64,000 nucleotides of DNA, taken from contig CAVNZM010000007.1 in NCBI GenBank assembly GCA_963693365.1, positions 2,279,979 through 2,343,978 on the forward strand, read 5' to 3'. The translations under genes and the position numbers were made by a program. Shown here piece by piece: positions 12,386 through 25,725 of the stretch. Within the stretch, counting starts at the first letter, position 1, and every line of letters begins with the position of its first letter. The stretch comes from Amoebidium appalachense. Taxonomy: Eukaryota; Protista; Ichthyosporea. The notes below the pieces were generated by a model. It was not told the DNA's origin. It saw only the letters and a program-made list of their open reading frames with translations, and ran no database searches.

Positions 12386-15300
12386 GGGGTCGTCATGTGG
12401 TTGTACGTGTTGGTCGACTTGGGACACATTTAAAAAAGGAGGGGAGAGGCAGGGGGACGGGGGAAGGGGAGAGGGAGGGTTAGAGGGTGAGGAGGGTGTT
12501 CAATAAAAGGTTGCAGATCGACCCACGACACATAAAAAAGGCGTTTTCTGACTCCCAAAACCTTTTTTGCAGGCCAAATTGGTGTGTTTTGGCGCTGCAA
12601 AGGAGGGAAAGGAGGAAAAGTTTACCAAGGGGAAAGATGAAAACGAGGTGGATGAAGAGACCGAGGGCGAGGAGGAGGAGGACGGTGAGAATTCAGATGA
12701 CGAGATCGAGGATGAGGATGAAGAGAACGAGGATGGCGGTGATAGCCCACCAGGTGCCGACGTTTCCGCTCAAGACATTGAAGATATGAGTGAGGACCAA
12801 TCGGATTCGACCGATTCCACCGATTCAACCGATGCCGCCGAATCGGTTTCCGATCGTAAGGAGGGAGATATGACCGACGACCAATCGGATTCCACCGATT
12901 CCACCGATGCCGCCGAATCGGATTCCGATCGTAAGGAGGAAGATAGCGAGGTCCAATCGGATTCGAGCGATTCCGTCGATCCCGCCGAATCGGATTCCGA
13001 TCCCGAGGAGGCCGAGGAGAAGGACATCCCTCTGCCTGACCCGACGGCGGTGCACGAGCAGGACAGAAAGAAAGATGACGGGTGGTACTATGATGATAAC
13101 GAGGTGAAGAATACGACTGAGGCGTCAGATTCCACTACCGAGGAAACACCTGCCAACAGCACCCTCGTGGCCGAGACGGACGGTGATGATGCTACCGAGA
13201 AAACCACAATTGAGACGGATGATGATGCTTCCGAGGAAACCGAAACAAACGACGATGATGCTAACGAGGAAACAGAGGGAAAGAAGGAGGAGGATACTGA
13301 GGAAACTGAAACTGAAACGAACGAGGATGACGATACTGAGGAAAACGAAACCGAACGTGACGATAAGGAGGAAAATGTGAACGATGAAGACTCTACCGAG
13401 GGGCAGGCAACCGAGAGTGAATCACAGCAGGCGAATGTGACGTCTACAGCTGACGAGCAGATCGTCCTCGACAATAGCACGGAGACAGTATCAACTACCA
13501 CGGATGCCGATAGTGAGCAGGCGTCCACATCCAACGACAACACAGACACGGATGATGTTGAAACGGATACCACAGACCTCGTTTCTGTCAACGGCACTGA
13601 GGCAGGCTCTACTACCGGGGTGACGAATTCTACCTTCGAGGTAGTCGGCTTAGAGAAGACCAACACCACAGACACGGATGCCAATTCGGCTGAGCCAACC
13701 GGTGAGGTTTCCCTCGAAAAAAGCACCAGCAATGATGATTCAGAGGAGGATACTACCGAGGGAACTGAGACTGTCGTATCGGAAGACCAGACCACGGCCA
13801 CTCCTGTGGTCGAAGCACCCACTCCATCGGACGCCTCAAATGAGACCTCGATAGTGGAGTCATCCTCGATCGAATCTGCTCCCGTCGATTCTTCCAGCGA
13901 AACCCCAGCTGCAGCGAAGGAAACGGCCGAGAAACCAGCTCAACCAATCGAATCGCCCGCCAGCAAACCCGCCAACGAATCCGTCGAATCAGAACGCGTC
14001 GTTTCCTCTGCAGATAAGCCAATCAAATCGTCTGCTGCTGTCTCCGAGATTTCATCGGTTCAATCAGAATCCACCACGGTTGCTATGGAGACCAGTGCTG
14101 TGCAACCAGTGGCTGCTGACGGCAAGACCCTCTCGGAGGAGAAAGGCTCCAAAGAGCCTAGTGCGGGTATGTGCCCTCACCCCCCCCCCCCCCCCCCCCC
14201 CTTTGCCCCCTTCACCCCCTTTCCCCTGCCCTCCTTTTCCCTCAGAAGTTACCCATCATCTCTCCTTCTTCATTTCTCCCTCCCCCTCCCCCCTCCTCGA
14301 TCATGATCCCCCCTCCCCTCTCTCTCTCTCTCTCTCTCTGTCTCCCCGCCTCCCCCCCCCCCCCCCCCCCTGCCTCTCGATTTCTCTGTCTCCCTCCCTC
14401 CTCTCTCTCTTTGTCTCCTCCCCGCACCCCTCTCCCCTTCTCTCTTCCTCGCTCCCCTCCCCTCCCCCCTACACCACCCCCTCTCTCCTCCTTACCCCCC
14501 CCCTCCAACTCCCCTTTCCCTCCTCCCCCCCTCCCTTCCCCCCACAAAGAAAAATTCCCTCGGCATCCCATTGTTTTAGTGATTTGGAAGCTGCTGGTGT
14601 GGACAGGGTTCGAACAGTAACCTATTATGGGCTCGTGTGTGCATTTGAAACAAAAGACAGTTGGGTGTAAGTGGCCGCATGAATGTGTGGATGCGGTGTG
14701 GGCAGGAACTATAATTATGGTGTGTAGGTATAAATCTATATGAACTCATAGATTTATGATGCACTAGTGTGTTGGTATATGCCATAAATTGTTCTGATAA
14801 GTCAATCTCACTAATCGGTTGATTTTGCAGACTCCGTCACTGACAAGGCGACTGCAAAGAAGGAAGAGCCCGAATTCAGTCAGGTGTGTGTGTGTGTGCG
14901 TGTGCGCGCACGTATACGCGCATGTGCCTGTGCCTGTGCCTTTGCCTCTGCCCGTGCCTGTGCCTTGCCCGTATATATCTATATACATTGGTTCTCGGAT
15001 AAATGTGTGCCTAGGTCTATTTTTGCGTTTTCTGCAGACGGGGTATAGCCTTCCGGGAGGGGGGGTAGCGGGAGAAAAGGGGAAGGCGGTGGGGGAGGCC
15101 GCATATTTGAGTGTGGTGGTGCATAATGAACCATGCACCTTTGTCCGTGGAGAAATGTAACGTGGATTGGATCATGAATTCGTGAGCAAGTTCATTGCAC
15201 TCTGTTTCTCCGTATGAGTAGGGTACCCATAAAATTTCCTTTTGTATTTCTAGCTACCCCCACCCCCCTCCCCCTATCTCCCTCCCTCCCTCCCCTTTCT

Positions 15301-16460
15301 TCCCCCCCTACCGTAACGGCTACACCCCTGCTCTTCGTCACCCTTTCCCTTTCTCTTCATTCGTTGTGTTTGTCGCTGATCCCCCCATCCCTCCCCCCCC
15401 CCCTCCCCCCCCCCCCCCCCACCCGGCCACTGAATGTTTGCTGTTGTACGTGTCCCTTACTGTTTTTCCCATCGTGGTAATGAGTTTTACTTTGTACCTC
15501 GTGCCGTGTTCCGCAGTCTAACACTCCCCCCCTCCCCCCCCCCCCCTCCCCCTCCCCCCTCCCCCCCCCCCCCCCTCCGCCCGCTATTCACTCTCCCCAT
15601 CTATTACTATATCAACAACACCACTACCCCACCCAACCAATCCTACCACCACCACAAGCTCCTCGCCTCCCCCTCCCCCCCCCCCCCCCCCCCCCCAACA
15701 CACACACATACACACACAACACACACGCACGCACGCATACACGCATCTATAAACACATTTTTACATTTTTACAGCAAGCATCCGAGCTCATTTCCGAGCT
15801 TAAAGAATCGCCGCATGCTCTTGGCCTTGTACTATTTTTAGTCATTGCGGTGGCCTTGGCCCTCTGTGCCGTGTGCTGCTTCTGCTGCCTGGGCCGGGGC
15901 AAGAAGGGTTTCAACCAAGTGGACACACAGGGTGGAAATGGTAAGAAGTATCACTTTTTTCATACCTTCTTAGCCTCGCTATTTTCATCCCCCCCCTCCC
16001 CCCCCCCCCCCCCCTCCCCCCTTCCCCCCCCTCCCCCCTTTCCCCCGGTTCCTGGGCTCCGTTCATTCTGCGTACCTTTTCTGTGAGGTTTGCACTCTCC
16101 ATTTTGTTGTCCATTGTGAATGTGGACTTCGTGTTCTATGGCGCATTCAATCCCCCCTCCACCCGTCCCCCTCTTTTCCTTCCCCTCCTTTCCATCCTCA
16201 CGAACTTACCCTTCCCCCCTCTCCGATCCCCCCTCCCCGCTCCCCCTCCTCCCCCAACCCCACCCTCCCTAGCACACACCCCCCTCCCACCCCCTCCCTC
16301 CTCCCCCCCCTTACTCCGTGCATGCACTTTCTCCCGACACACTTTTGTTTTCTTCAAGCCCTCCTCCTCCCCCCCCGCTCCCCCCCCCCCCCCCCCCCCT
16401 TTCCCCCCACCCCCCACCCCCCACCCACCCAAACACACACACACACACATATGCCACCTA

Positions 16461-16493
<33 letters not shown>

Positions 16494-16959
16494 CCCCCAA
16501 CAATCGGGTCCTGCTCCCCTCTCCCCCACCTCTTCCCTCGTTTCGCGTCCCGCCTCAACCATCCGTCTGATAATCTACTCTGCGCTATCACGCTGATATA
16601 GTGAACCAACAATCCACCCACAAGACCTCACTGGTGATTCCGCAGGCCTATCCATAGACATATACACGCCTATTAGTATGCGCTTATTTGGGCATACGTT
16701 TTATGGCCGTATGGCACTTACCCGAGCGGCCCGGCCCATTCATAGACATCTATAATGAGCCTATCTGTATGCCCATATTAGGCATACGTAAACCTTATAT
16801 GGGCGTAGACACTTAAACGGACACACCTTCACAGACTACATGACCAAGAATCAGATGTCGTCATACGGGGGTGTCAGGTACGCCGGCAAGAATCATTTCC
16901 TGGATAACGGCAGCGATGAATCACTGCAATTGGATGATTCCTCCGAGGAGGAAGCCTGA
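9138..16959 (+). CDS. type-I membrane protein (752 aa): signal peptide, small Cys-containing N-terminal domain, very acidic D/E/S/T-rich stalk, TM helix, Cys cluster, acidic cytosolic tail
   Basis: Exons 9138-9201, 10006-10044, 10771-10988, 12573-14166, 14831-14883, 15775-15940 and 16835-16959. All are GT-AG and phase-compatible, totalling 2259 nt with no internal stop. Signal peptide MGVIESTKQALVLALVALTYT; TM ALGLVLFLVIAVALALCAVCCFCCL; tail ...SYGGVRY...GSDESLQLDDSSEEEA*. Confidence 0.85.
11117..11290 (+). mobile_element. diverged copy of the poly(C)-associated repeat
   Basis: Shares gaaactc, gatgac-tgggccc..cctgaggatgggctctgctta, tacttcgtac and the terminal cgcattcaaa+poly(C). Flanked by C-runs on both sides. 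Confidence 0.7.
16053..16151 (+). mobile_element. diverged short 3'-end copy of the poly(C)-associated repeat
   Basis: tgggctccgttcattctgcgtacc...gtttgcactct...gtggacttcgtg...gcgcattcaat+poly(C) aligns colinearly, by eye, with the last ~100 nt of the main family. Confidence 0.65.
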
Positions 16960-18079
16960 TTTGGCTATTTTGATTCCTTTTTTTTCAGGTTTTTTATTTA
17001 TTTATTTTTTTTTTTTTTTGGGGGGGGGGGGGGGAGGGGGGGACTGAGGGGGGAGGGGGGGGGGGGGGGGGTCTGCCTTGGGCTCTGATTATTTGTGTGT
17101 AATATGTTAATGGAGATTTATCTTTATACGGATGGGTTGTTTGTGTTGCAAGGATTTCCGGATAGCTACGAGAGATTCTCCATAGTTTTCATGTATATAG
17201 TAAATGAAAGCTCGTACCTAAACCGCCTCTGGCCCCCCCAAACACATGCATATATGGTTGTAGTAACATGTATAATATTAGCAATCCGCAGAATTATACC
17301 AGCCCCTCTGTGCCTGTTTTTTTTAATGAATCGCGGATACCATGCTCGTAGTGTTTACACTCGAGTGTGCTATTGAATTTACCTACTGTAATAAACTGAA
17401 TTTCTTTTGGCGACAACTTAAGAGCACTTGCACAACTGAGAGCCACATAGCAATGTTTTCACTGTAACACCCGAGTCGGACTCCATGTTGGCAACATTAT
17501 ATCATGGTAATAAAGGTTTTTCTTAGGACTATGTATCAAAAAGCAGTAGGAAGAGGAAAAGACCACAATTTCAGAATGCCACCCTCCCCCCCCCCCCCCC
17601 CCCCCCCCCCCCTCCCCCCCCTCCCCCACTCCCCCCTCCTTTCCACTCACCCACCCACCCACGGTGACCAACCACCTGTCCTTCTCGTTCCCCCCGGCCT
17701 GTCGTACTTTCTTCCCCCCGCCTTTAAACTCCTCTGCTAACCTTATATTCTTTAGGCATTCCCGTAACATGTACCGACCGGTCTGGGCTCCAATCACCTT
17801 ATGAAGGTGAGCCATAGAGTCTGCTTTTATAGCAAAAAAATATAATCGGCCAATTGGCTTGTTGGCTAGCGCTGATATCCTACTAAGCAAAAGCTCGGTG
17901 TGTAGGCAGTATTGGGATACGTGGTTAAGTCTCACCAACCCTATTAGTACCCCTCAAAGCTTGAACCATATGTCGTTTTTGTAGCAAAAACTAAAATTTA
18001 AACTACAAGAATATTAACAACCATGTCGGAATTTCTCAATGTAACCCACCTGAGCAGATGGGTCCCCCCCCCCCCCCCC

Positions 18080-18133
<54 letters not shown>

Positions 18134-18355
18134 ACCACCACCACCACCACCACCACCACCCTCATCACAAGCTGCCATGACTATATTAGATGGCCTGATC
18201 GTATAGTACTATGATCTGGCAACGGGTTACACACGGGCAAAAAAAAAAAAAAAAAAGAAAAAAAAAAGGGAAACAGTGAAGGGGTAACATCCCTTACTAC
18301 TAGGCCTCCATGATCACCTAAAACTCCTGCTACACCCCCCGGTCATATTCTCGAG

Positions 18356-18390
<35 letters not shown>

Positions 18391-19184
18391 CCCCCACTCA
18401 CCCCCCCCCCCTCCCCCCCTTCCCCACTTCCCCCCCTTCCTCCCCCCCCCCCCTCCCCCTTCCCCCCTCCTTCCTTCCCCCCCCCCCCCCCCCCCCCCCC
18501 CCCTCCACCCTCTCTCCCTTTGTGGGCCTGGGCGGGACTGAGTCTCGTCTACACTCTCCCCACCGCACGCATACACACACGCGCACACTTTAACACGTAC
18601 CTGCACGCACATGTACAACCGTCGCATGCGTGGTGCACAAAGGCACCCAAGACACGAGCAAGCGAAAAGCGATAGATGAGTGAACGCGAGTCTCGCGAGA
18701 TGAAGCCACTCGATGGTTTCAAATGCAGCTCCAATTTTTTGCACTGCCATGCCCACGATCGGGCCAAAATGATATCATGTGCTCCCGTTCGCCAGCTTTA
18801 AATAGCTCCTAGGATTAGAATCGTGCAGTCTTATTGGTCTCTAGAAATCCAATTTGATGACGCAGGCAGTTTTGATTGGTGTAAAGGGTTTTGATAACGT
18901 GTCTGGGCGAGGGCCAAAACCTATCCCCACCTATAGCTGCTTTGTTCACTCGGAGTCCCCTTTACTAAATGCAAAGACGAAAGGAAGACAAGAAACAAGC
19001 GAACAGCTCAGAGAAACGGCAAGAGAAGGGAGAAGAAAAACAGGAAGGTATCCTCAAGTGTGCCGTAGTATACAACTAACAAGCTGTGTCGGTGTGCCAA
19101 CTGAAAGCCACAAAACCGTGCAACAGACAAGCAAACAGCTTCCCCTTGCCCCTCTCTGTGTTTCTGGACCAACTAGCCATAAAC

Positions 19185-21954
19185 ATGTTTCACTTCGTGG
19201 ACTCTGGACGAGCCGAAGCTGGTTTCAGCATCATGAAGCAAGAGCACAACACCTTCTCAAGTAGCCGAGTTGGTGCGCTTAACACAAATGTTTCTTCCTT
19301 CCAGAACAACCAATTCTTCGGAACCATGAATTCTCTACCTCCGCTTGATATTTTCGACAAAGACTTGCCGGCTTCTTTGGGCTCGCTCTCGCCTCTCTCC
19401 CCACTTCCGCCGTTCTGTTATGAAGAAGAACAGAAGTTGGAAATTGAAGAGGCTGCTGCGGGCACGGCTTCAAGCAATGTTGTCGGGAAAGAGGTTTCTG
19501 CCGAAGACAATTCGCCAAGAATATCGTATGTTTCATGCTTTAGTCGCTTTTGGTGTGTGCTTCCTTGCAATTGGGTGCGCTTATTTGTTTTTACGGGTGC
19601 TTGGACCTCTTTGCACACAAGAACGTTTTTTTTTATTGCTTTCTCTTCGGCGGTTCTTATCCCCACAGCACGGTGTTTTTGTCTCTGCTTGTTCCCGTTT
19701 CTCCAGTCGTCTATATTTGTATCCTGTTACACGTCCTCGAGAAGGTCATGCTGCGTTATGCTTCAGAAGAAAGCCATTCTAGAGTTTTACCCCACCTTGG
19801 CCTGTTATTCTGATGTTGCATAGACTCTTTTGCCAATGTTATTGTCCTCTCTTATCTCTCAAATGTTTGCAAAACATACCCTGGTTAACATGTTTCCTGT
19901 TTTCGCTTTGTTCAAGCTTGCCAGATGGGTCTACTTTCTTTTGTTCGTTCTATACCGGGCATTTCTACCTTGCATGAGTGCACAATTCAAAAGAAAATGG
20001 TTTCTTGCTCTGCCTGTTTTTGATGCGTGTGTCTGCTTGCTGTTTTTTTTTCTTCGTATATCTGCCTTCTTGGAGCATGAATCACACGAGAAAAAGTTTT
20101 TCTTACCATAGTCACTAAACTTCGCCATGGTTTCCATCAACTTTAGAAACGTGATAGCATCTGCCAACTATGGTGTCAATAAGTTAGATCTTTGCTTACT
20201 TGCCCGGAATCTTCGCAACATCGAGTGGAAGTCAAAGGTAAAAGTTTGTCTGCGGTTACATGGTTTCGTTTTTTCCTCTCATGGTTTGTTCAACCAGATG
20301 TAAACGATGATTTTTTTCCATGGATTCGAAGGTTCATGTCTTGCTCTCATTTCGTAAGCACATGGGCGCCTCTTACATTCCTTGCACAAGAAGTGTGCCA
20401 CCTGTGTTTTCATCGCGCTCTAGATGGCCGCTTCTTGCCCCTCTTTTGCGGCACTCCACTTTTCTCTTACACCTTCTTCTGTTATGAACTCCCACCTTTT
20501 CCTTTCCATATCCTCTCTGTGCCCCCCCCCCGCCCCCCGCCTCCCCCCCCCAATCCTCCCCGCCACACGCCCTCAACACCCACAACACCCAACCGGCCCC
20601 CCTCTCTCCCCCCCCCCCCCCCCCCCCCCCCTCCCGAGCCATTGATTTGGTGCGAGTTGCACGCATGACTTCATCCATTTTTGGTCTGTTGCACTTGTTT
20701 GCACGGCAGTTGTGTCCACATACACATTGCAGTGAAAAAGAACCCTCACAACACCAAGTTCGGTGTTGTAAAATAGTACGTGTGTGGTGTTGTTTTCACT
20801 ACTCCACACATCAAAAAGAAACACGTGTGTGGTGTTGTTTTCACTACTCCACACCTGCCCTATACGGGCTTCCTTAATAAGGAATAACATTAAAGAACTA
20901 AAACCTCTCTTCCATATTGTCAAAATGAAACCCTGAAAGCTCCCCCCTCCCCCACACGTATCCTTTGGAGGCATTTTATTATAAGCTGTTTTCTATATAT
21001 ACCAACCATACAGCCTTTGCATTAACACTTACGAGCCCCTGCCTCGCATGAATGAGTACAGTGAACACCAAGTTATGAGGTGCTTTTGTTTTATGTTGCT
21101 TGCCCCCCCCCCCCCCCCCCCCCTCCCCCCCTCCTCCCCCCCTCCCCTCATCCCCCCCCAAATACACACACACACACACACACATACCATCACCATCACC
21201 ACCACCACCAAAAACAAAATAGATGAGGGGAGAACACCCCCTCCCCCCCCCCCCCGGCTTCGCCTCCCCTCTACCAAAAACGGCCACCACACACACACCA
21301 CACACACATGTACACACGCACACACACGCACACTCACTAGAGATAGTCACCTTTAGTTTCAATTCTGGTATCCATACCGTGCGCGTCCCCATCCATATCC
21401 CAAATTCTGTATCAAGTTCCCTTCTTTGACAAATCAAGTTCTTTCCTCTCCCCTTTCTCTCTCCTTTTTTTCCCCTTCTGCACACGCAACAGCGGCCGCA
21501 CGAAGCCATGATCCGCATGCGCGAACCCGCATGCACCATTCGTCTCTTCCACACCGGCAAAGCCGTATGAATTGGTGCTGCCACGGAAACAGAAGCAAAA
21601 ATCGCCCTCCGCAAATTGGGCACACAGCTCGTGAAAAACGGGTATGAAAATGCAAAATTCAGGGGGTTCCAAGTTGGAAATGTGGTGGGGGACTGGGATG
21701 CGGGGGTGATGGTGAACACGGCGAGGCTGTGCTGCGAGACGGGCCTTGGACAGGTTACGGTATGTGTGTGTGTGCGTGTGTGCGCGTGAGTGTGCGTGTG
21801 TGTGTGTGCGTGTGTGCGTGTGTGTGTGTGTGTGTGTGTGCGTGAGTGTGTGTGAGTGTGTGTGTGTGTGTGTCTGTGTGTGTGTGTGTGCTCCTGTTGT
21901 TTCAGCATGTTCGTTTTGTTTGTGATACAAATCCACACTGGCCTAGCTCCCCCT

Positions 21955-21989
<35 letters not shown>

Positions 21990-22201
21990 TGGAAAAGAAA
22001 AAAGAAAAAGAAAAACACACACAAACACACACACACACACACACTCTCTCTCTCTTTCACTCACTCTCTCTCACTCCCTCTTTACGTGCTCACACACACA
22101 CACGCCAGGCACATTCTTTTTAAATTAAAGAGTTTGTGTGAGTGGATATATGTCGGCTAGTGTCACAAAATGGGAATTTGTTTTGGGGTCGTGGCGGTGG
22201 T

Positions 22202-22271
<70 letters not shown>

Positions 22272-22804
22272 GGTGGGGGGAGGGGAAGGGCAAGAGAATG
22301 ACCCCCCCCTCCCCTCCCCACCACCACCATCACCCCCCTTACCCCCCGCCCCCCCCTTCCAGCACTTTCCCCCCCTTTACACCCAGTCAACACACATTTC
22401 TCCGCATACACTTCAGCTCTTTTTCTTGTGCCTCGGCCGACTTCATCAGTGGTGGGAGATTGGGGGAGAAGGAGGGGTTGTGGTTTGTATACGTATGTGC
22501 ACGTAGGTGTGCACGTGTGCGTGCGCATGTGTGTGCGCGGTTAAATTTGGAGGGGGGGGGGAGGGGGGGAAGCATGAGAGCGTGTGTGGGTACACAGAGA
22601 CAAGCACGCTTCGGGGATTCCGGAAGGAACGGGGGATTGGGGGGAAAGGAGGGGGGGGGGGGGGGAGGGGGGGGGGGAGGAATGATGCAAGCGAATATGT
22701 CGGCAGCTAACGGTGATGAAATTTTATTTTGACAGAGTGCAGAGGATGTTTCGCTGGCAGTCAGAATGGTGCACCCGGCAATCCTAAGAGCTCAGAGGAA
22801 ATAA
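19185..22804 (+). CDS. divergent TATA-binding-protein (TBP) family factor; in-frame TGA at 21568-21570 and apparently missing exon (pseudogene, recoding or assembly defect)
   Basis: Exon 20112-20237 encodes MVSINFRNVIASANYGVNKLDLCLLARNLRNIEWKSK (TBP: [30 protein letters not shown]). Exon 21493-21759 encodes RPHEAMIRMREPACTIRLFHTGKAV*IGAATETEAKIALRKLGTQLVKNGYENAKFRGFQVGNVVGDWD (TBP: [32 protein letters not shown]...KFLDFKIQNMVGSCD). Exon 22736-22804 encodes SAEDVSLAVRMVHPAILRAQRK*. A putative N-terminal exon 19185-19525 is off by one nucleotide in phase; an alternative start is the ATG at 20127 (gccATGg). Confidence 0.8.
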
Positions 22805-24117
22805 GGGTGGAGGGGGGATTTTTCGGCTTTGAAGGGACGATAGTAGGGGGTATATTTCACTTTGGAATTAGGGAAATTTCGAATGGATGGGGGATCATGC
22901 TTTGGGACTTGGGAAAAATTTCGGCTGGAGGGGGGATATTTCTGTTTCGACAGGAGGATAGGCAGATGCATGCCAAGGCCAGTTTGAGCATACTTCAGAG
23001 TGGCAGATAGGTCACACAAAAATATACTCTATATGCAACGTAGTGGTTATATCTATGCTGAGATAGATACTATTAAACAAAGAAAGTAGGTTTATCACAG
23101 AAGTTTTTGAATATTGCATTTACCTATTATAATCACGTGCAATCCGACTGTTTAGCCATATATGGAAATTTTGGCGGGAAGTTTTGGCTCGCAAAAAAAG
23201 GTTTTATAAAAAAATAAAAAAAGCAGGAATATATTGGCTGGTAGTGAGTCATTATATGAACCCCCGAGGTCCGGCTGCTTAATGATTTAATAACTTCGTT
23301 ATTACTCAAGTGCAGAACTTTATATCTGTACCGTACTCAGCTGATGCAACTATTATATCGGTGTAAATAAACATAAGTCAATTAAATTTTATAAAACTGT
23401 TGTTTTACATTTCTTTAATTTATTTTGCCCTGGTACACGGGAGTGGAAGTTACCGATTTGTGCATTAACGTTAACGGCGATACTGTGCCAATAATAATAC
23501 ACCAGATGCATAGTGATCGCGCTGTATAAATCTTACGTCTTACATTGTTTGCGGGTGACTCGTGTATATACGGTTTTATCAGTTACTATTATCTTGCATC
23601 GAAAAGCAACCTTATCGATGATGATAAATAGCGCATAAATATGCAATCTTGTGGAATGGATAGCTGGTATGGATAGGGCTGTGGTGAAAAGACAGAGCCT
23701 TGATTGGTGAATAAACTTTAACATGTTAATGCACTCCTAAGTCTCGGGAGCACCATGTACAGGGGTGCGCGGTGTGGTGATGGCAGTGCCCCCCCCCCCC
23801 CCCCCCCCCCCCCCTCCCCCCTTCATCACGAACCTCATCAATTACCACCACCAACTTCCCTCCCCTTTACCCTAAAAATCACTGCCTACCAGCGCAACGA
23901 ATACCTTCTGTGGCACCAAGGGATGGGGAAGGGGCGGAGGGGGGGGGGGGGGGGGGGGGGGGGGATGGATGATCATAGGACGAATGCACAGTAGAAACAC
24001 AAAGAACCTAAGGTGAAACTTATACAAAAGAAATAGAAACACACGAGCAGGCCAAAAAGAGCCCAAAAACCCAAAAATCATCCAAATATCTCCCTACTAA
24101 CAGAATACCGTAAATAA

Positions 24118-24306
24118 AGAGTAGTGAGAAGAGAGGAGGAGAAAGAAGTAGGCCCACTGTCCTAGTCGCTTAGAGCTTAGAGTAAGAGTAGAGAAGAGAG
24201 GAGGAGAAAGAAGTAGGCCCACTGCCCTAGTCGCTTAGAGCTTAGAGTAAGAGTAGAGAAGAGAGGAGGAGAAAGAAGTAGGCCCTCTGTCCTAGGAGCT
24301 AAAGAG
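24118..24306. repeat. ~65-bp tandem repeat, ~2.9 copies
   Basis: Unit agagtagagaagagaggaggagaaagaagtaggcccactg(t/c)cctagtcgcttagagcttagagta; units start near 24118, 24185 and 24250. Confidence 0.9.
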
Positions 24307-24381
24307 TGTTGGAAGGGAGGACAAGGGCGGGTGGGTGGGTGGTTTTTTTTTTTTTTTTTTTTTTGGGGGGGGGGGGGGGGG

Positions 24382-24518
24382 TTTGAATGCGTCAAAAAGT
24401 ACGAAGTACACAAGAACAAACGGATAACACGATGCAGAATGCAAGCCATACATAAAGAGTATGCATAATAAGCAGAGCCCATCCTCAGGGGGGGCCCACG
24501 TCATCCACAGTACCCGAG
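24382..24518 (-). mobile_element. 5'-truncated copy of the poly(C)-associated repeat, minus strand
   Basis: Reverse complement of ctcgggtactgtggatgacgtggg...gacgcattcaaa. G-runs flank both sides on +; on its own strand it is followed by Cn then An. Confidence 0.8.
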
Positions 24519-24564
24519 GGGGGGGGAGAGGGGGGGGAAGGATGGCTGGGAAAGTCAAACAAAG

Positions 24565-24660
<96 letters not shown>

Positions 24661-24745
24661 CGCGCGTGTGTGCTTGCGGAGGAGTGACGGAAGAGGAGGG
24701 ACTCGGTGGGGGGGGGAACTGGGAAAGTCAAACAAAGTAAATGTG

Positions 24746-24805
<60 letters not shown>

Positions 24806-25725
24806 CGCGCGCGTGTGTGCGCACGTGCACTCGGATATGTGAATGTGTGTGAGAGAGTGTGTGTGTTGTGTCACAGTAGGAGAGGTGGGGGGGAGGGTGG
24901 GGGGAGGGGAAGGGGAGGTGGGGGAGGGGGGGGGGGGGAGGGGGGGGGGAGGGGGGGCAAGGCTGCCACGATTAGACATAATTGGCACAGTAACGGGCAG
25001 CATGAAGAGGGGCCGTAATGCTATACTGTGCGTGGTTGCAGATAATCTCTCTATTTTTATTATACAATGTGGGTGTGGGTTAAAAAAATATCCGCATGAG
25101 GCTGCATTAGCTATATATTGGAGCGTCTAAGCAGATAGTACCCACCCTGGTGTACCCCGGAACTAAATAAGGTATAAATATTTTGGTGGCGCATTATTTG
25201 CCCTATACGGAGCATCTGGTGAAAAAAAGGTGCTTAGACACATCGTGATCGTCTCACGAGAAAGAGGATAACCCCCTAACGATGTTTTGTGCTTATGTGG
25301 ACGCATAAATTCAGACGAAAGTTTAACTGACAAAGTGCACGTGGCAACAGTAGTAGGTGTGGTTGTGTCTGGTTGAAGAAAGTGTGTGATATATGTAACA
25401 TATTGGTGTGCATGAATAGCACGATTGTATCAGAAGGGGGCGAAAATGAGTTTTGCTTTGTGTGTGTCGGAGTGCTAGGTGGATGTCAGTGTGCGCGCCG
25501 GAACGTGCGCTTTTGTTAAGAAAAGATAAGTTCGGTTGCACATCCATCATCCGGAACAACACACACTCACACACACACACTGTGTTGCTGCCTGAAGCGG
25601 CTCAGCAGATCTACAGCTGTGATGCGTAGCACTGCTGCCAAAAATTTGTTCACTTTCACACATAAATAACCTAAAAGTCGTTAGTTAACTAAGAAAATAC
25701 ATGTCTGCACATTGAAGACAGCTAC

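Noticed and set aside
13088-13822. 244-aa minus-strand Ser/Val-rich ORF
   Set aside because: It is the antisense shadow of the acidic exon 12573-14166.
21014-21079. AG/GT-bounded segment encoding LCINTYEPLPRM as the missing TBP YEPE exon
   Set aside because: It is in the wrong order (upstream of the preceding exon), its phases are incompatible, and similarity is limited to YEP.
24118-24306. CRISPR-like array (also considered for 62387-62630 and 36209-36364)
   Set aside because: Head-to-tail tandem units without unique spacers, in a eukaryotic context with no cas genes.
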